Shown piece after piece: positions 1 to 13,506 of a DNA stretch of 64,000 bases (within the stretch, counting starts at the first letter, position 1; every line of letters starts with the position of its first letter). The position numbers and the translations under genes are program-made. Source of the DNA: Eledone cirrhosa (taxonomy: Eukaryota); contig OZ024763.1 of NCBI GenBank assembly GCA_964016885.1, positions 26,350,001 to 26,414,000 of the forward strand. Reading direction: 5' to 3'. Below the pieces are notes generated by a model. It ran no database searches and had not been told where the DNA came from. It saw nothing but the letters and a program-made list of their open reading frames with translations.

Positions 1-227
1 CTGTTGTTGTGATGAAGATTGGTGGTTGATTGATAAATTGGTCGCGTGCAACGTTGGCGATGGACTCGGGGATATTGCAATTGGTGCAAAGTTGTTGTTG
101 CGTATTAACTGCTGGGGTGGAGATGATTGCCTCCACCCTTTCATCATTTCAGATGTCCGTGATGAAGCTGTGGGCTGCGACAGGGCCATAGTAATGGAAG
201 CAGATTTGTTGTGGTGACCAGACAGTA
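1..227 (-). CDS. spen: SPEN exon, runs off the window (VLSGHHNKSASITMALSQP...SSQQQ)
   Basis: Acceptor gttgttgtttcag; phase-1 frame open to position 1. Confidence 0.82.
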
Positions 228-289
228 CTGAAACAACAACAACAACAATAATAATATTTTTTTTTGTAAAATACATACAAGGCCAGAAC

Positions 290-1062
290 ATCAAGTTTAC
301 CATCCAGAATAAATTTTATCAATCAAAGTTAAGCCTTCCACCCAAATCTACCACTCTAAATTAACTACCATCCAAGTATACCACGTTAGATTAAGTTTAC
401 AATCATAAATTAACTCTACCATCCAAGCATACCACCCAAGATTAATTCTACCATTCAAGATTAACACTACCATGCAAGCCTACCACCCAAGATTAAGTTT
501 ATCATCCAAGACTACAACCCAAGTCTACCAACAAAAATTAACTACCATCCAAAATTACCATCTAAGCCTACCACTGAAAATTAACTCTACCATCCAAGTC
601 TACCACTGAGAATTAACTACCATCCAAGCCTATCACCCTAGATTAACTACCATCCAAGCCCACCACCCAAAATTAACTCTACCATCCAAGTCTACCACTG
701 AGAATTAACTACCATCCAAGCCTATCACCCTAGATTAACTACCATCCAAGCCCACCACCCAAAATTAACTCTACCATCCAACTCTACCACTGAGAATTAA
801 CTACCATCCAAGCCTATCACCCTAGATTAACTACCATCCAAGCCCACCACCCAAAATTAACTCTACCATCCAACTCTACCACTGAGAATTAACTACCATC
901 CAAGCCTATCACCCTAGATTAACTACCATCCAAGCCCACCACCCAAAATTAACTCTACCATCCAAGTCTACCAGCCTAGATTAACTCTACCATCCAAGTC
1001 TACCACTGAAAATGAACTACCATCCAAGCCTATCACCCTAGATTACCATCCAATCCTATCAT
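290..1062. repeat. About 30-bp minisatellite (ATTAACTACCATCCAAG core) with a 92-bp three-monomer higher-order unit
   Basis: ttaactctac recurs at 581, 673, 765 and 857; copies decay toward low coordinates. Confidence 0.9.
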
Positions 1063-1132
1063 GAAAAAGCTAAGTCTAATAAAAAAAAAAAATTTTAAAA
1101 ACAATCAAAAAAAAAAATCAACCAATCAATAC

Positions 1133-1271
1133 CTTTGTGTTGCTGCTCTGATACAGAAGATTGCTGTCGACTAAATTCAGCTTTCAGTCGCATTCTGTCA
1201 GAGGTGTCGGGTCCTATAGATGAGATTGGTTCAAGTGAAGCTCTCATTGGGTTGGGCACCTTCTCGATAGG
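1133..1271 (-). CDS. spen: SPEN exon, 139 nt (PIEKVPNP...EQQHK)
   Basis: Acceptor tgtttcag, donor AAG|GTATTG; phase 0 to 1. Confidence 0.85.
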
Positions 1272-1369
1272 CTGAAACATTTTAAAAGGAAAATATTCTG
1301 ATAAGCAGAGAAAAAAAAATATACACAAGATGCAGTTATTGTTGTTACGATTGGATCACCACCACCACC

Positions 1370-1707
1370 ATCATCATCATTTCATTTTACGTCCACTTTT
1401 CCCTGCTTGCAAAGGTGGGATGGGAACTGATTCTGGCTTGATTTCTACAGCTGGATGCCCTTCCTAACACCAACCTCATTTACAGTGAGTGCTGGGTGCT
1501 TTTTTCCGTGGCACCTCCACGACCACTTTGCAGTGGAATGATAGGGACCCCAGTCCCTATCATCTCATTTCTACAGCTGAGTAAACTGGAGCAATGTGAA
1601 ATAAAGTGTCTTGCTCAAGGAAACAACACATCACCCGGTCTGAGAATTGAACTCACAATCTTTCGATTGCAAGGCCAATGCTCTAACCAACTAAGCCATG
1701 TGCCTCC
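1370..1707 (-). mobile_element. tRNA-derived SINE with RTE-type 3' tail ending in (GAT)n
   Basis: Head GGAGGCACATGGCTTAGTTGG...GAGTTCAATTC (A/B boxes); near-identical copy at 30235-30551; tail GGAAGGGCATCCAGCTGTAGAAA shared with the RTE fragment near 59375. Confidence 0.85.
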
Positions 1708-1761
1708 ATCATCATCATCATTTTTACATGGACTTTTCCATGCTGGTACCATCATCATCAT

Positions 1762-2128
1762 TTAACCCTTTAGCATTTAAACCGGCCATATCCAGATAGA
1801 ATTCTCACCTCTTTCAATTCAAACCAGCTGTAACTGGCCACTGATACTGATGTTAAGGTACTGTTCTCAAAATAAATATCAAAATTTTACACATTCGATA
1901 TTTATATATTTTTCTGTCAGTATCTCTTTAAACCAGCCATATCCAGCCAGAATTCTCTCACCTCGCTCTGTTTAAACCGGCCATAACTGGCTGCTCATAC
2001 TTATGTTAAGGTATTGTCCTCAAAATAAATAATATCAAAATCTTGTAGATTCGATATTATGTGAGATAAAATGTTTATCATGAAAATATAATAGTAAATA
2101 TAGAGTAATATAAATGGTAAAGGGTTAA
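1762..2128. mobile_element. piggyBac-type MITE with internal duplication
   Basis: TTAA-CCCTTTAGCATTTA ... TAAATGGTAAAGGG-TTAA; five more loci in the window. Confidence 0.85.
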
Positions 2129-2589
2129 CATCCACTTCCCTGCTAGCAAGGGTGGGACAGGTCAGTACTGAAGCAGGGCTACTGACCTACCAGACAGGCT
2201 GGAGGAAGATGGTAGAGCTGAGTATAGTGATGATGACGATTGTGATGATGATGCTGCTGATAGTGACGATGATGATGGTGGTGATAGTGATAATGATGAT
2301 GGTGATAGTGATGATGGTGATAATGATGATGGTGATGGCGATAGTGATGATGATGATGATGATGATGATGATGGTGGTAAACATTTACAAAGTTTGTGTG
2401 CCACAGCATGCAATGTTGTTATAATACAGTATACAGTTAAGAAAATGGATGAACACCACAACCTCATGTCTTCAGTCTATCTAACAAATCCTACTAAATC
2501 AAAGCACTCTATCCGACACAAATACTACAAAGCATTCTAACGACTCATTGCTTTGGGTTTATTATATAAACTAAACTAAAAAACTATAT

Positions 2590-5500
2590 CATCTACATTG
2601 GGTTTATAATGTACTAAAATATTATATTAACTAGACAGGGTTTATATAGACTGTACTAAAATATTATATTAACTAGACAGGGTTTATATAGACTGTACTA
2701 AAATATTATATTAACTAGACAGGGTTTATAAAGATTGTACTAAAATATAATATTAACTAGACGGGGTTTATATAGACAGTACTAAAATATTATATTAACT
2801 AGATGGGGTTTATATAAACTGTACTAAAATATTATATTAATTAGATGGGGTTTATAAAGACTGTACTAAAATATTATATTAACTAGATGGGGTTTATATA
2901 AACTGTACTAAAATATTATATTAACTAGATGGGGTTTATATAAACTGTACTAAAATATTAACTAGATGGGTTTATATAGACTGTACTAAAATATATTAAC
3001 TAGATGGGGTTTATATAAACTGTACTAAAATATATTAACTAGATGGGGTTTATATAAACTGTACTAAAATATTATATTAACTAGATGGGGTTTATATAAA
3101 CTGTACTAAAATATTATATTAACTAGATGGGGTTTATATAAACTGTACTAAAATATTATATTAACTAGATGGTTTATATAAACTGTACTAAAATATTAAC
3201 TAGATGGGGTTTATATAGACTGTACTAAAATATTATATTAACTAGATGGGGTTTATATAAACTGTACTAAAATATTATATTAACTAGATGGTGTTTATAT
3301 AAACTGTACTAAAATATTATTAAATAGATGGGTTTATATAGACTGTACTAAAATATTATATTAACTAGATGGGGTTCATATAAACTGTACTAAAATATTA
3401 TATGAACTAGATGGGGTTTATATAAACTGTACTAAAATATTATATTAACTAGACAGGGTTTATATAGACTGTACTAAAATATTATATTAACTAGACAGGG
3501 TTTATAAAGATTGTACTAAAATATAATATTAACTAGACGGGGTTTATATAGACAGTACTAAAATATTATATTAACTAGATGGGGTTTATATAAACTGTAC
3601 TAAAATATTATATTAATTAGATGGGGTTTATAAAGACTGTACTAAAATATTATATTAACTAGATGGGGTTTATATAAACTGTACTAAAATATTATATTAA
3701 CTAGATGGGGTTTATATAAACTGTACTAAAATATTATTAACTAGATGGGTTTATATAGACTGTACTAAAATATATTAACTAGATGGGGTTTATATAAACT
3801 GTACTAAAATATATTAACTAGATGGTTTATATAAACTGTACTAAAATATTAACTAGATGGGGTTTATATAGACTGTACTAAAATATTATATTAACTAGAT
3901 GGGGTTTATATAAACTGTACTAAAATATTATATTAACTAGATGGGGTTTATATAAACTGTACTAAAATATATTAACTAGATGGGGTTTATATAGACTACA
4001 AAAATATTATATTAACTAGATGGTGTTTATATAAACTGTACTAAAATATTAAATAGATGGGTTTATATAGACTGTACTAAAATATTATATTAACTAGATG
4101 GGGTTTATATAAACTGTACAAAAATATATTAACTAGATGGGGTTTATATAAACTGTACAAAAATATTATATTAACTAGATGGGGTTTATATAAACTGTAC
4201 TAAAATATTATATTAACTAGATGGGGTTTATATAGACTGTACTAAAATATTATATTAACTAGATGGGATTTATATAAACTACTAAAATATATTAACTGGA
4301 TAGGGTTTATATAAACTGTAGTAAAATATTATATTAACTAGATGGGGTTTATATAGACTGTACAAAAATATTATATTAACTAGATGGGGTTTATATAAAC
4401 TGTACTAAAATATTAACTAGATGGGTTTATATAGACTGTACTAAAATATATTAACTAGATGGGGTTTATATAAACTGTACTAAAATATTATATTAACTAG
4501 ATGGGGTTTATATAAACTGTACTAAAATGTATTAACTAGATGGGGTTTATATAGACTGTACTAAAATATTATATTAACTAGATGGGGTTTATATAAACTG
4601 TACTAAAATATTATATTAACTAGATGGGGTTTATATAGACTGTACTAAAATATTATATTAACTATATGGGGTTTATATAGACTGTACTAAAATATATTAA
4701 CTAGATGGAGTTTATATAAACTACTAAAATATTACATTAACTAGATGGGTTTATATAGACTGTACTAAAATATATTAACTAGATGGGGTTTATATAAACT
4801 GTTATAAAATATATTAACTAGATGGGGTTTATATAGACTGTACTAAAATATTATATTAACTAGAGGGGGTTTATGTAAACTACTAAAATATTATATTAAC
4901 TAGATGGGGTTTATATAGACTGTACTAAAATATTATATTAACTAGATGGGGTTTATATAAACTACTAAAATATTACATTAACTAGATGGATTTATATAGA
5001 CTGTACTAAGATATATTAACTAGATGGGGTTTATATAAACTGTACTAAAATATTATATTAACTAGATGGGTTTATATAGACTGTACTAAAATATATTAAC
5101 TAGATAGGGTTTATATCAACTGTACTAAAATATTATATTAACTAGATGGGGTTTATATAAACTGTACTAAAATATTATATTAACTAGATGGGGTTTATAT
5201 AAACTATACTAAAATATTATATTAACTAGATGGGGTTTATATAAACTGTACTAAAATATTATATTAACTAGATGGGGTTTATATAAACTGTACTAAAATA
5301 TTATATTAATTAGATGGGGTTTATATAGACTGTACAAAAATATTATATTAACTAGATGGGGTTTATATAAACTGTACTAAAATATATTAACTAGATAGAG
5401 CTTATATAAATTGTACTAAAATATTATATTAACTAGATAGGGTTTATATAAACTGTACTAAAATATTATATTAACTAGATGGGGTTTATATAGACTGTAC

Positions 5501-8500
5501 TAAAATATATTATCTAGATGGAGTTTATATAAACTGTACTAAAATATATTAACTAGATGGGTTTATATACACTGTACTAAAATATATTAACTAGATAGAG
5601 CTTATATAAACTGTACTAAAATATTATATTAACTAGATGGGGTTTATATAGACTGTACTAAAATATTATATTAACTAGATGGTGTTTATATAAACAGTAC
5701 TAAAATATTATATTAACTAGATGGTGTTTATATAAACAGTACTAAAATATATTAACTAGATAGGGTTTATATAGACTGTACTAACATATATTAACTAGAG
5801 GGGGTTTATATAAACTGTACTAAAATATTATATTAACTAGATGGGGTTTATATAGACTACTAAAATATTATATTAACTAGATGGGGTTTATATAAACTAC
5901 TAAAATATTACATTAACTAGATGGGTTTATATAGACTGTACTAAAATATATTAACTAGATAGGGTTTATATCAACTGTACTAAAATATTATATTAACTAG
6001 ATGGGGTTTATATAAACTGTACTAAAATATCATATTAACTAGATGGGGGTTTATATAGACTGTACTAAAATATTATATTAACTAGATGGGGTTTATATAG
6101 ACTGTACTAAAATATGTTAACTAGATGGGGTTTATATAAACTGTACTAAAATATTATATTAACTAGATGTGGTTTATATAGACTGTACTAAAATATATTA
6201 ACTAGATGGGGTTTATATAAACTGTACAAAAATATATTAACTAGATGGGGTTTATATAAACTGTACTAAAATATTATATTAACTAGATAGGGTTTATATC
6301 AACTGTACTAAAATATTATATTAACTAGATGGGGTTTATATAAACTGTACTAAAATATTATATTAACTAGATGGGGTTTATATAAACTGTACTAAAATAT
6401 ATTAACTAGATAGGGTTTATATAGACTGTACAAAAATATTTTAACTAGATGTGGTTTATGTAAACTGTACTAAAATATTAACTAGATGGGTTTATATAGA
6501 CTGTACTAATATATTATATTAACTAGATGGGGTTTATATAAACTGTACTAAAATATTATATTAACTAGATGGGGTTTATATAAACTGTACTAAAATATAT
6601 TAACTAGATGGGGTTTATATAAACTGTACTAAATATTATATTAACTAGATGGGGTTTATATAAACTACTAAAATATATTAACTAGATGGGGTTTATATAA
6701 ACTGTACTAAAATATTATATTAACTAGATGGGGTTTATATAAACTGTACTAAAATATTATATTAACTAGATGGGGTTTATATAAACTGTACTAAAATATT
6801 ATATTAATTAGATGGGGTTTATATAGACTGTACAAAAATATTATATTAACTAGATGGGGTTTATATAAACTGTACTAAAATATTAACTAGATGGGTTTAT
6901 ATAGACTGTACTAAAATATTATATTAACTAGATGGGGTTTATATAAACTGTACTAAAATATTATATTAACTAGATGGGGTTTATATAGACTGTACTAAAA
7001 TATTATATTAACTAGATGAGGTTGGTATAAACTGTACTAAAATATTATATTAACTAGATAGGGTTTATATAGACTGTACTAAAATATATTAACTAGATGG
7101 GGTTTATATAAACTGTACTAAAATATTATATTAATTAGATGGGGTTTATAAAGACTGTACTAAAATATTATATTAACTAGATGGGGTTTATATAAACTGT
7201 ACTAAAATATATTAACTAGATGGGGTTTATATAAACTGTACTAAAATAATATATTAACTAGATGGTTTATATAAACTGTACTAAAATATTAACTAGATGG
7301 GGTTTATATAGACTGTACTAAAATATATTAACTAGATGGGGTTTATATAAACTGTACTAAAATATTATATTAACTAGATGGGGTTTATATAAACTGTACT
7401 AAAATATTATATTAACTAGATGGGGTTTATATAGACTGTACAAAAATGTTATATTAACTAGATGGTGTTTATATAAACTGTACTAAAATATTATTAAATA
7501 GATGGGTTTATATAGACTGTACTAAAATATTATATTAACTAGATGGGGTTCATATAAACTGTACTAAAATATTATATGAACTAGATGGGATTTATATAAA
7601 CTACTAAAATATATTAACTAGATAGGGTTTATATAAACTGTAGTAAAATATTATATTAACTAGATGGGGTTTATATAGACTGTACAAAAATATTATATTA
7701 ACTAGATGGGGTTTATATAAACTGTACTAAAATATTAACTAGATGGGTTTATATAGACTGTACTTAAATATTATATTAACTAGATGGGGTTTATATAAAC
7801 TGTACTAAAATATTATATTAACTAGATGGGGTTTATATAAACTGTACTAAAATATTATATTAACTAGATGGGGTTTATATAAACTGTACTAAAATATATT
7901 AACTAGATGGGGTTTATATAGACTGTACTAAAATATTATATTAACTAGATGGGGTTTATATAAACTGTACTAAAATATTATATTAACTAGATGGGGTTTA
8001 TATAGACTGTACTAAAATATATTAACTAGATGGAGTTTATATAAACTACTAAAATATTACATTAACTAGATGGGTTTATATAGACTGTACTAAAATATAT
8101 TAACTAGATGGGGTTTATATAAACTAATAAAATATATTAACTAGATGGGGTTTATATAGACTGTACTAAAATATTATATTAACTAGAGGGGGTTTATGTA
8201 AACTGTACTAAAATATTATATTAACTAGATGGGGTTTATATAGACTGTACTAAAATATTATATTAACTAGATGGGGTTTATATAAACTACTAAAATATTA
8301 CATTAACTAGATGGATTTATATAGACTGTACTAAGATATATTAACTAGATGGGGTTTATATAAACTGTACTAAAATATTATATTAACTAGATGGGTTTAT
8401 ATAGACTGTACTAAAATATATTAACTAGATAGGGTTTATATCAACTGTACTAAAATATTATATTAACTAGATGGGGTTTATATAAACTGTACTAAAATAT

Positions 8501-11500
8501 TATATTAACTAGATGGGGTTTATATAAACTGTACTAAAATATTATATTAACTAGATGGGGTTTATATAAACTGTACTAAAATATTATATTAACTAGATGG
8601 GGTTTATATAAACTGTACTAAAATATTATATTAACTAGATGGGGTTTATATAGACTACTAAAATATATTAACTAGATGAGGTTGGTATAAACTACTAAAA
8701 TATTATATTAACTAGATAGGGTTTATATAGACTGTACTAAAATATTATATTAACTAGATAGGGTTTATATAAACTGTACTAAAATATTATATTAACTAGA
8801 TGGGGTTTATATAGACTGTACTAAAATATATTATCTAGATGGAGTTTATATAAACTGTACTAAAATATATTAACTAGATGGGTTTATATACACTGTACTA
8901 AAATATATTAACTAGATAGAGCTTATATATAAACTGTACTAAAATATTATATTAACTAGATGGGGTTTATATAGACTGTACTAAAATATATTATCTAGAT
9001 GGAGTTTATATAAACTGTACTAAAATATATTAACTAGATGGGTTTATATACACTGTACTAAAATATATTAACTAGATAGAGCTTATATATAAACTGTACT
9101 AAAATATTATATTAACTAGATGGGGTTTATATAGACTGTACTAAAATATTATATTAACTAGATGGGGTTTATATAAACAGTACTAAAATATATTAACTAG
9201 ATAGGGTTTATATAGACTGTACTAAAATATTATATTAACTAGAGGGGGTTTATATAAACTGTACTAAAATATTATATTAACTAGATGGGGTTTATATAGA
9301 CTACTAAAATATTATATTAACTAGATGGGGTTTATATAAACTACTAAAATATTACATTAACTAGATGGGTTTATATAGACTGTACTAAAATATATTAACT
9401 AGATAGGGTTTATATCAACTGTACTAAAATATTATATTAACTAGATGGGGTTTATATAAACTGTACTAAAATATTATATTAACTAGATGGGGTTTATATA
9501 GACTGTACTAAAATATTATATTAACTAGATGGGGTTTATATAAACTGTACTAAAATATTATATTAACTAGATGGGGTTTCTATAAACTGTACTAAAATAT
9601 TATATTAACTAGATGGGGTTTATATAGACTGTACTAAAATATTATATTAACTAGATGGGGTTTATATAAACAGTACTAAAATATATTAACTAGATAGGGT
9701 TTATATAGACTGTACTAAAATATTATATTAACTAGAGGGGGTTTATATAAACTGTACTAAAATATTATATTAACTAGATGGGGTTTATATAGACTACTAA
9801 AATATTATATTAACTAGATGGGGTTTATATAAACTACTAAAATATTACATTAACTAGATGGGTTTATATAGACTGTACTAAAATATATTAACTAGATAGG
9901 GTTTATATCAACTGTACTAAAATATTATATTAACTAGATGGGGTTTATATAAACTGTACAAAAATATATTAACTAGATGGGGTTTATATAAACTGTACTA
10001 AAACATTATATTAACTAGATAGGGTTTATATCAACTGTACTAAAATATTATATTAACTAGATGGGGTTTATATAAACTGTACTAAAATATATTAACTAGA
10101 TGGGGTTTATATAAACTGTACTAAAATATTATATTAACTAGATGGGGTTTATATAAACTGTACTAAAATATATTAAATAGATGGGGTTTATATAGACTGT
10201 ACTAAAATATTATATTAACTAGATGGGGTTTATATAAACTGTACTAAAATATTATATTAACTAGATGGGGTTTATATAAACTGTACTAAAATATTATATT
10301 AACTAGATGGGGTTTATATAGACTGTACAAAAATATTTTAACTAGATGTGGTTTATGTAAACTGTACTAAAATATTAACTAGATGGGTTTATATAGACTG
10401 TACTAAAATATTATATTAACTAGATGGGGTTTATATAAACTGTACTAAAATATTATATTAACTAGATGGGGTTTATATAAACTGTACTAAAATATATTAA
10501 CTAGATGGGGTTTATATAAACTGTACTAAAATATTATATTAACTAGATGGGGTTTATATAAACTGTACTAAAATATTATATTAACTAGATGGGGTTTATA
10601 TAAACTGTACTAAAATATATTAAATAGATGGGGTTTATATAGACTGTACTAAAATATTATATTAACTAGATGGGGTTTATATAAACTGTACTAAAATATT
10701 ATATTAACTAGATGGGGTTTATATAAACTGTACTAAAATATATTAACTAGATGGGGTTTATATAAACTGTACTAAAATATTATATTAACTAGATGGGGTT
10801 TATATAAACTGTACTAAAATATTATATTAACTAGATGGGGTTTATATAAACTGTACTAAAATATTATATTAACTAGATGGGGTTTATATAAACTGTACTA
10901 AAATATTATATTAATTAGATGGGGTTTATATAGACTGTACAAAAATATTATATTAACTAGATGGGGTTTATATAAACTGTACTAAAATATTAACTAGATG
11001 GGTTTATATAGACTGTACTAAAATATTATATTAACTAGATGGGGTTTATATAAACTGTACTAAAATATTATATTAACTAGATGGGGTTTATATAGACTGT
11101 ACTAAAATATTATATTAACTAGATGAGGTTGGTATAAACTGTACTAAAATATTATATTAACTAGATAGGGTTTATATAGACTGTACTAAAATATATTAAC
11201 TAGATAGGGTTTATATAAACTGTACTAAAATATTATATTAACTAGATGGGGTTTATATAGACTGTAGTAAAATATATTATCTAGATGGAGTTTATATAAA
11301 CTGTACTAAAATATATTAACTAGATGGGTTTATATAGACTGTACTAAAATATATTAACTAGATAGAGCTTATATAAACTGTACTAAAATATTATATTAAC
11401 TAGATGGGGTTTATATAAACTGTACTAAAATATTATATTAACTAGATGGGGTTTATATAAACTGTACTAAAATATTATATTAACTAGATGGGGTTTATAT

Positions 11501-11794
11501 AAACTGTACTAAAATATTATATTAACTAGATGGGTTTATATAAACTGTACTAAAATATATTAACTAGATGGGGTTTATATAAACTGTACTAAAATACTAT
11601 ATTAACTAGATGGGGTTTATATAAACTGTACTAAAATATTATATTAACTAGATGGGTTTATATAAACTGTACTAAAATATTATATTAACTAGATGGGTTT
11701 ATATAAACTGTACTAAAATATATTAACTAGATGGGGTTTATATAAACGGTACTAAAATATTATATTAACTAGATGGGGTTTATATAGACTGTAA
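2590..11794. repeat. About 9.2-kb AT-rich satellite, 42-bp consensus ATATTATATTAACTAGATGGGGTTTATATAAACTGTACTAAA, roughly 220 copies
   Basis: Directly visible tandem array with shorter length variants. Confidence 0.97.
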
Positions 11795-11842
11795 TAAACC
11801 ACTGAGAAATGTAAATGAAATAGGCCAGTACATGAGCCTTAC

Positions 11843-13044
11843 CTGGCCTTTAGGACTTGTTTCTTTAGAAGACACTGGTTGTGGTTGTATTTGGACAACA
11901 CCCACCTGAACAACAGGGTTGGACAGTGCTTGCAAGACCGTTGGAGATCTTTTGCACATATCCTGTCCGATAAAAGAAGGTGATGTGGTCGTCATTGGTC
12001 GTGGACTGTTCACTACTGACTTGTCAATAGTGTGAGCAGCAGCAGCAGCAGCAACGGCAGCAGTTGTTGTCGTCACTATAGTGTAAGGTCCTCCGGAACC
12101 ACTGGGAGATGAGGAGAGATCTCGGCTGCCCAGTTCGGTTTTCAAGTTAATGGAAGGCGGCACTGATTGATGAGAAACTCCTGAATAGATGTGTGACGCT
12201 GGGCCTGCCACTGTGGAAGGGGTGCTGACGTGAGGCGAAGAACTACGCGATCTCTCCGATACCTGCTCATAGAAACCATGGGATCGCTGTATGAGGTTGC
12301 TCACCATGGACTTGTGCTGCGGCATCGGATGTTCTGAATGCTGGGACTGGTGGGTCATTGGTTGTGTCATGTGGATCACCCCGCCGTGAACAGGCTGTGA
12401 ACCTGCTCGAGACGTGACAAGACTCTCTGAAGAGACTGATGGTCCGGTCCTGATATTTGAAACAGGTACAGATTGATGTGGGAACTTTTTAGAATCAGAT
12501 GTCAACTGATGAATAACAGCCGTGTGCTGTTTATTGAGGTCCTTCGGTGGCTTCAAGCTATCAACCTTTGGTTTGAGAGCTTCTGTAGTGTGTTTCAATT
12601 GGTCAATTGGTTTCAAGCTGTCCTTCATGTGTTTCCCTGGTTCATGTTGGTTCTTCAGCATGTCAGGGGTGTGTTTAGGGACCTCGAGAACTAAGTGTTT
12701 CCCTGGCATAGGAGCCTGTTTCTCCAGAATCATACGAACAGTCTCCGACATATCCATTGCGTGTTTAGAAGGTTTCTCATCCGCTTGTTTCAGAATAGCC
12801 TCCATAACTGACTGTTTCGGTGCTATCGTTTCACTTGCTGGCCGTTTGGTCAAATCGATAGATATTTTGTTGTGTTCACTATGGAGTTTGCTTTCATGTA
12901 CAGTTGGCTTGGTAACATCAATTGCCACTGGTGTGTAGTGGCCTTTATTCATTTCTGATGGTCTTAGAGAAGCATCAGGCACTGAAGAAAGAATAGCACC
13001 TGGTGACATCACTGCTGATATTGGTGTTATCTCAGACTGGCTTG
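11843..13044 (-). CDS. spen: SPEN exon, 1,202 nt (ASQSEITP...TSPKGQ)
   Basis: Acceptor cttgcgtctttcag, donor CAG|GTAAGG; frame of ORF 11780..13105; phase 1 to 0. Confidence 0.9.
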
Positions 13045-13264
13045 CTGAAAGACGCAAGAGAAAAGGAAAAAAATAAGAAAAAAATCGACAAATGATTTTA
13101 AACATAAAAATTCAAATTCAATTATAATTTTGTCATGGTAAAATTCTACATTTAGCAACAACTGTCTATTAAGTATTGTTATCTTTAAATCACTTCAACA
13201 TGTCAGTAATCAACATAAACTATAGGGTTTCTCTTAGGAAAACAATCAATCCATCAAAACAAAA

Positions 13265-13412
13265 CTCTCATAAAACTGGGGGTAGTTTTATCTCACAGAA
13301 TTAGGGGCAATTTTATCTCATGGAAATAGAGGAGTTTTATCTCACGGAACTGGGAGCAGTTTTATTTAATAGAATTAGGGGTAGTTTTATCTTAGAGAAC
13401 CGGGGACAGTTT
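13265..13412. repeat. Degenerate ~25-bp tandem repeat, about 6 copies
   Basis: TTTTATCTCAnnGAA(T/C)TnGGGG-like unit repeated. Confidence 0.7.
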
Positions 13413-13506
13413 TTGGGAGGGTTGAAATTATTGAAGGTACAAGTCGACTAGTTATTTACCAAGAGAACAATCCAAAGTAGAAATGAAGGGAGGTGGTAGC
13501 CCTTAC

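Noticed and set aside
1630-1707. tRNA-like sequences (also near 30480-30551, 56070 and 61093)
   Set aside because: They are SINE heads: no proper acceptor stem, and they continue into the SINE body.
2152-2467. Poly-His/Met/Ser ORFs (also 50184-50576 and 54286-54486)
   Set aside because: Degenerate (GAT)n/(CAT)n intronic microsatellites.
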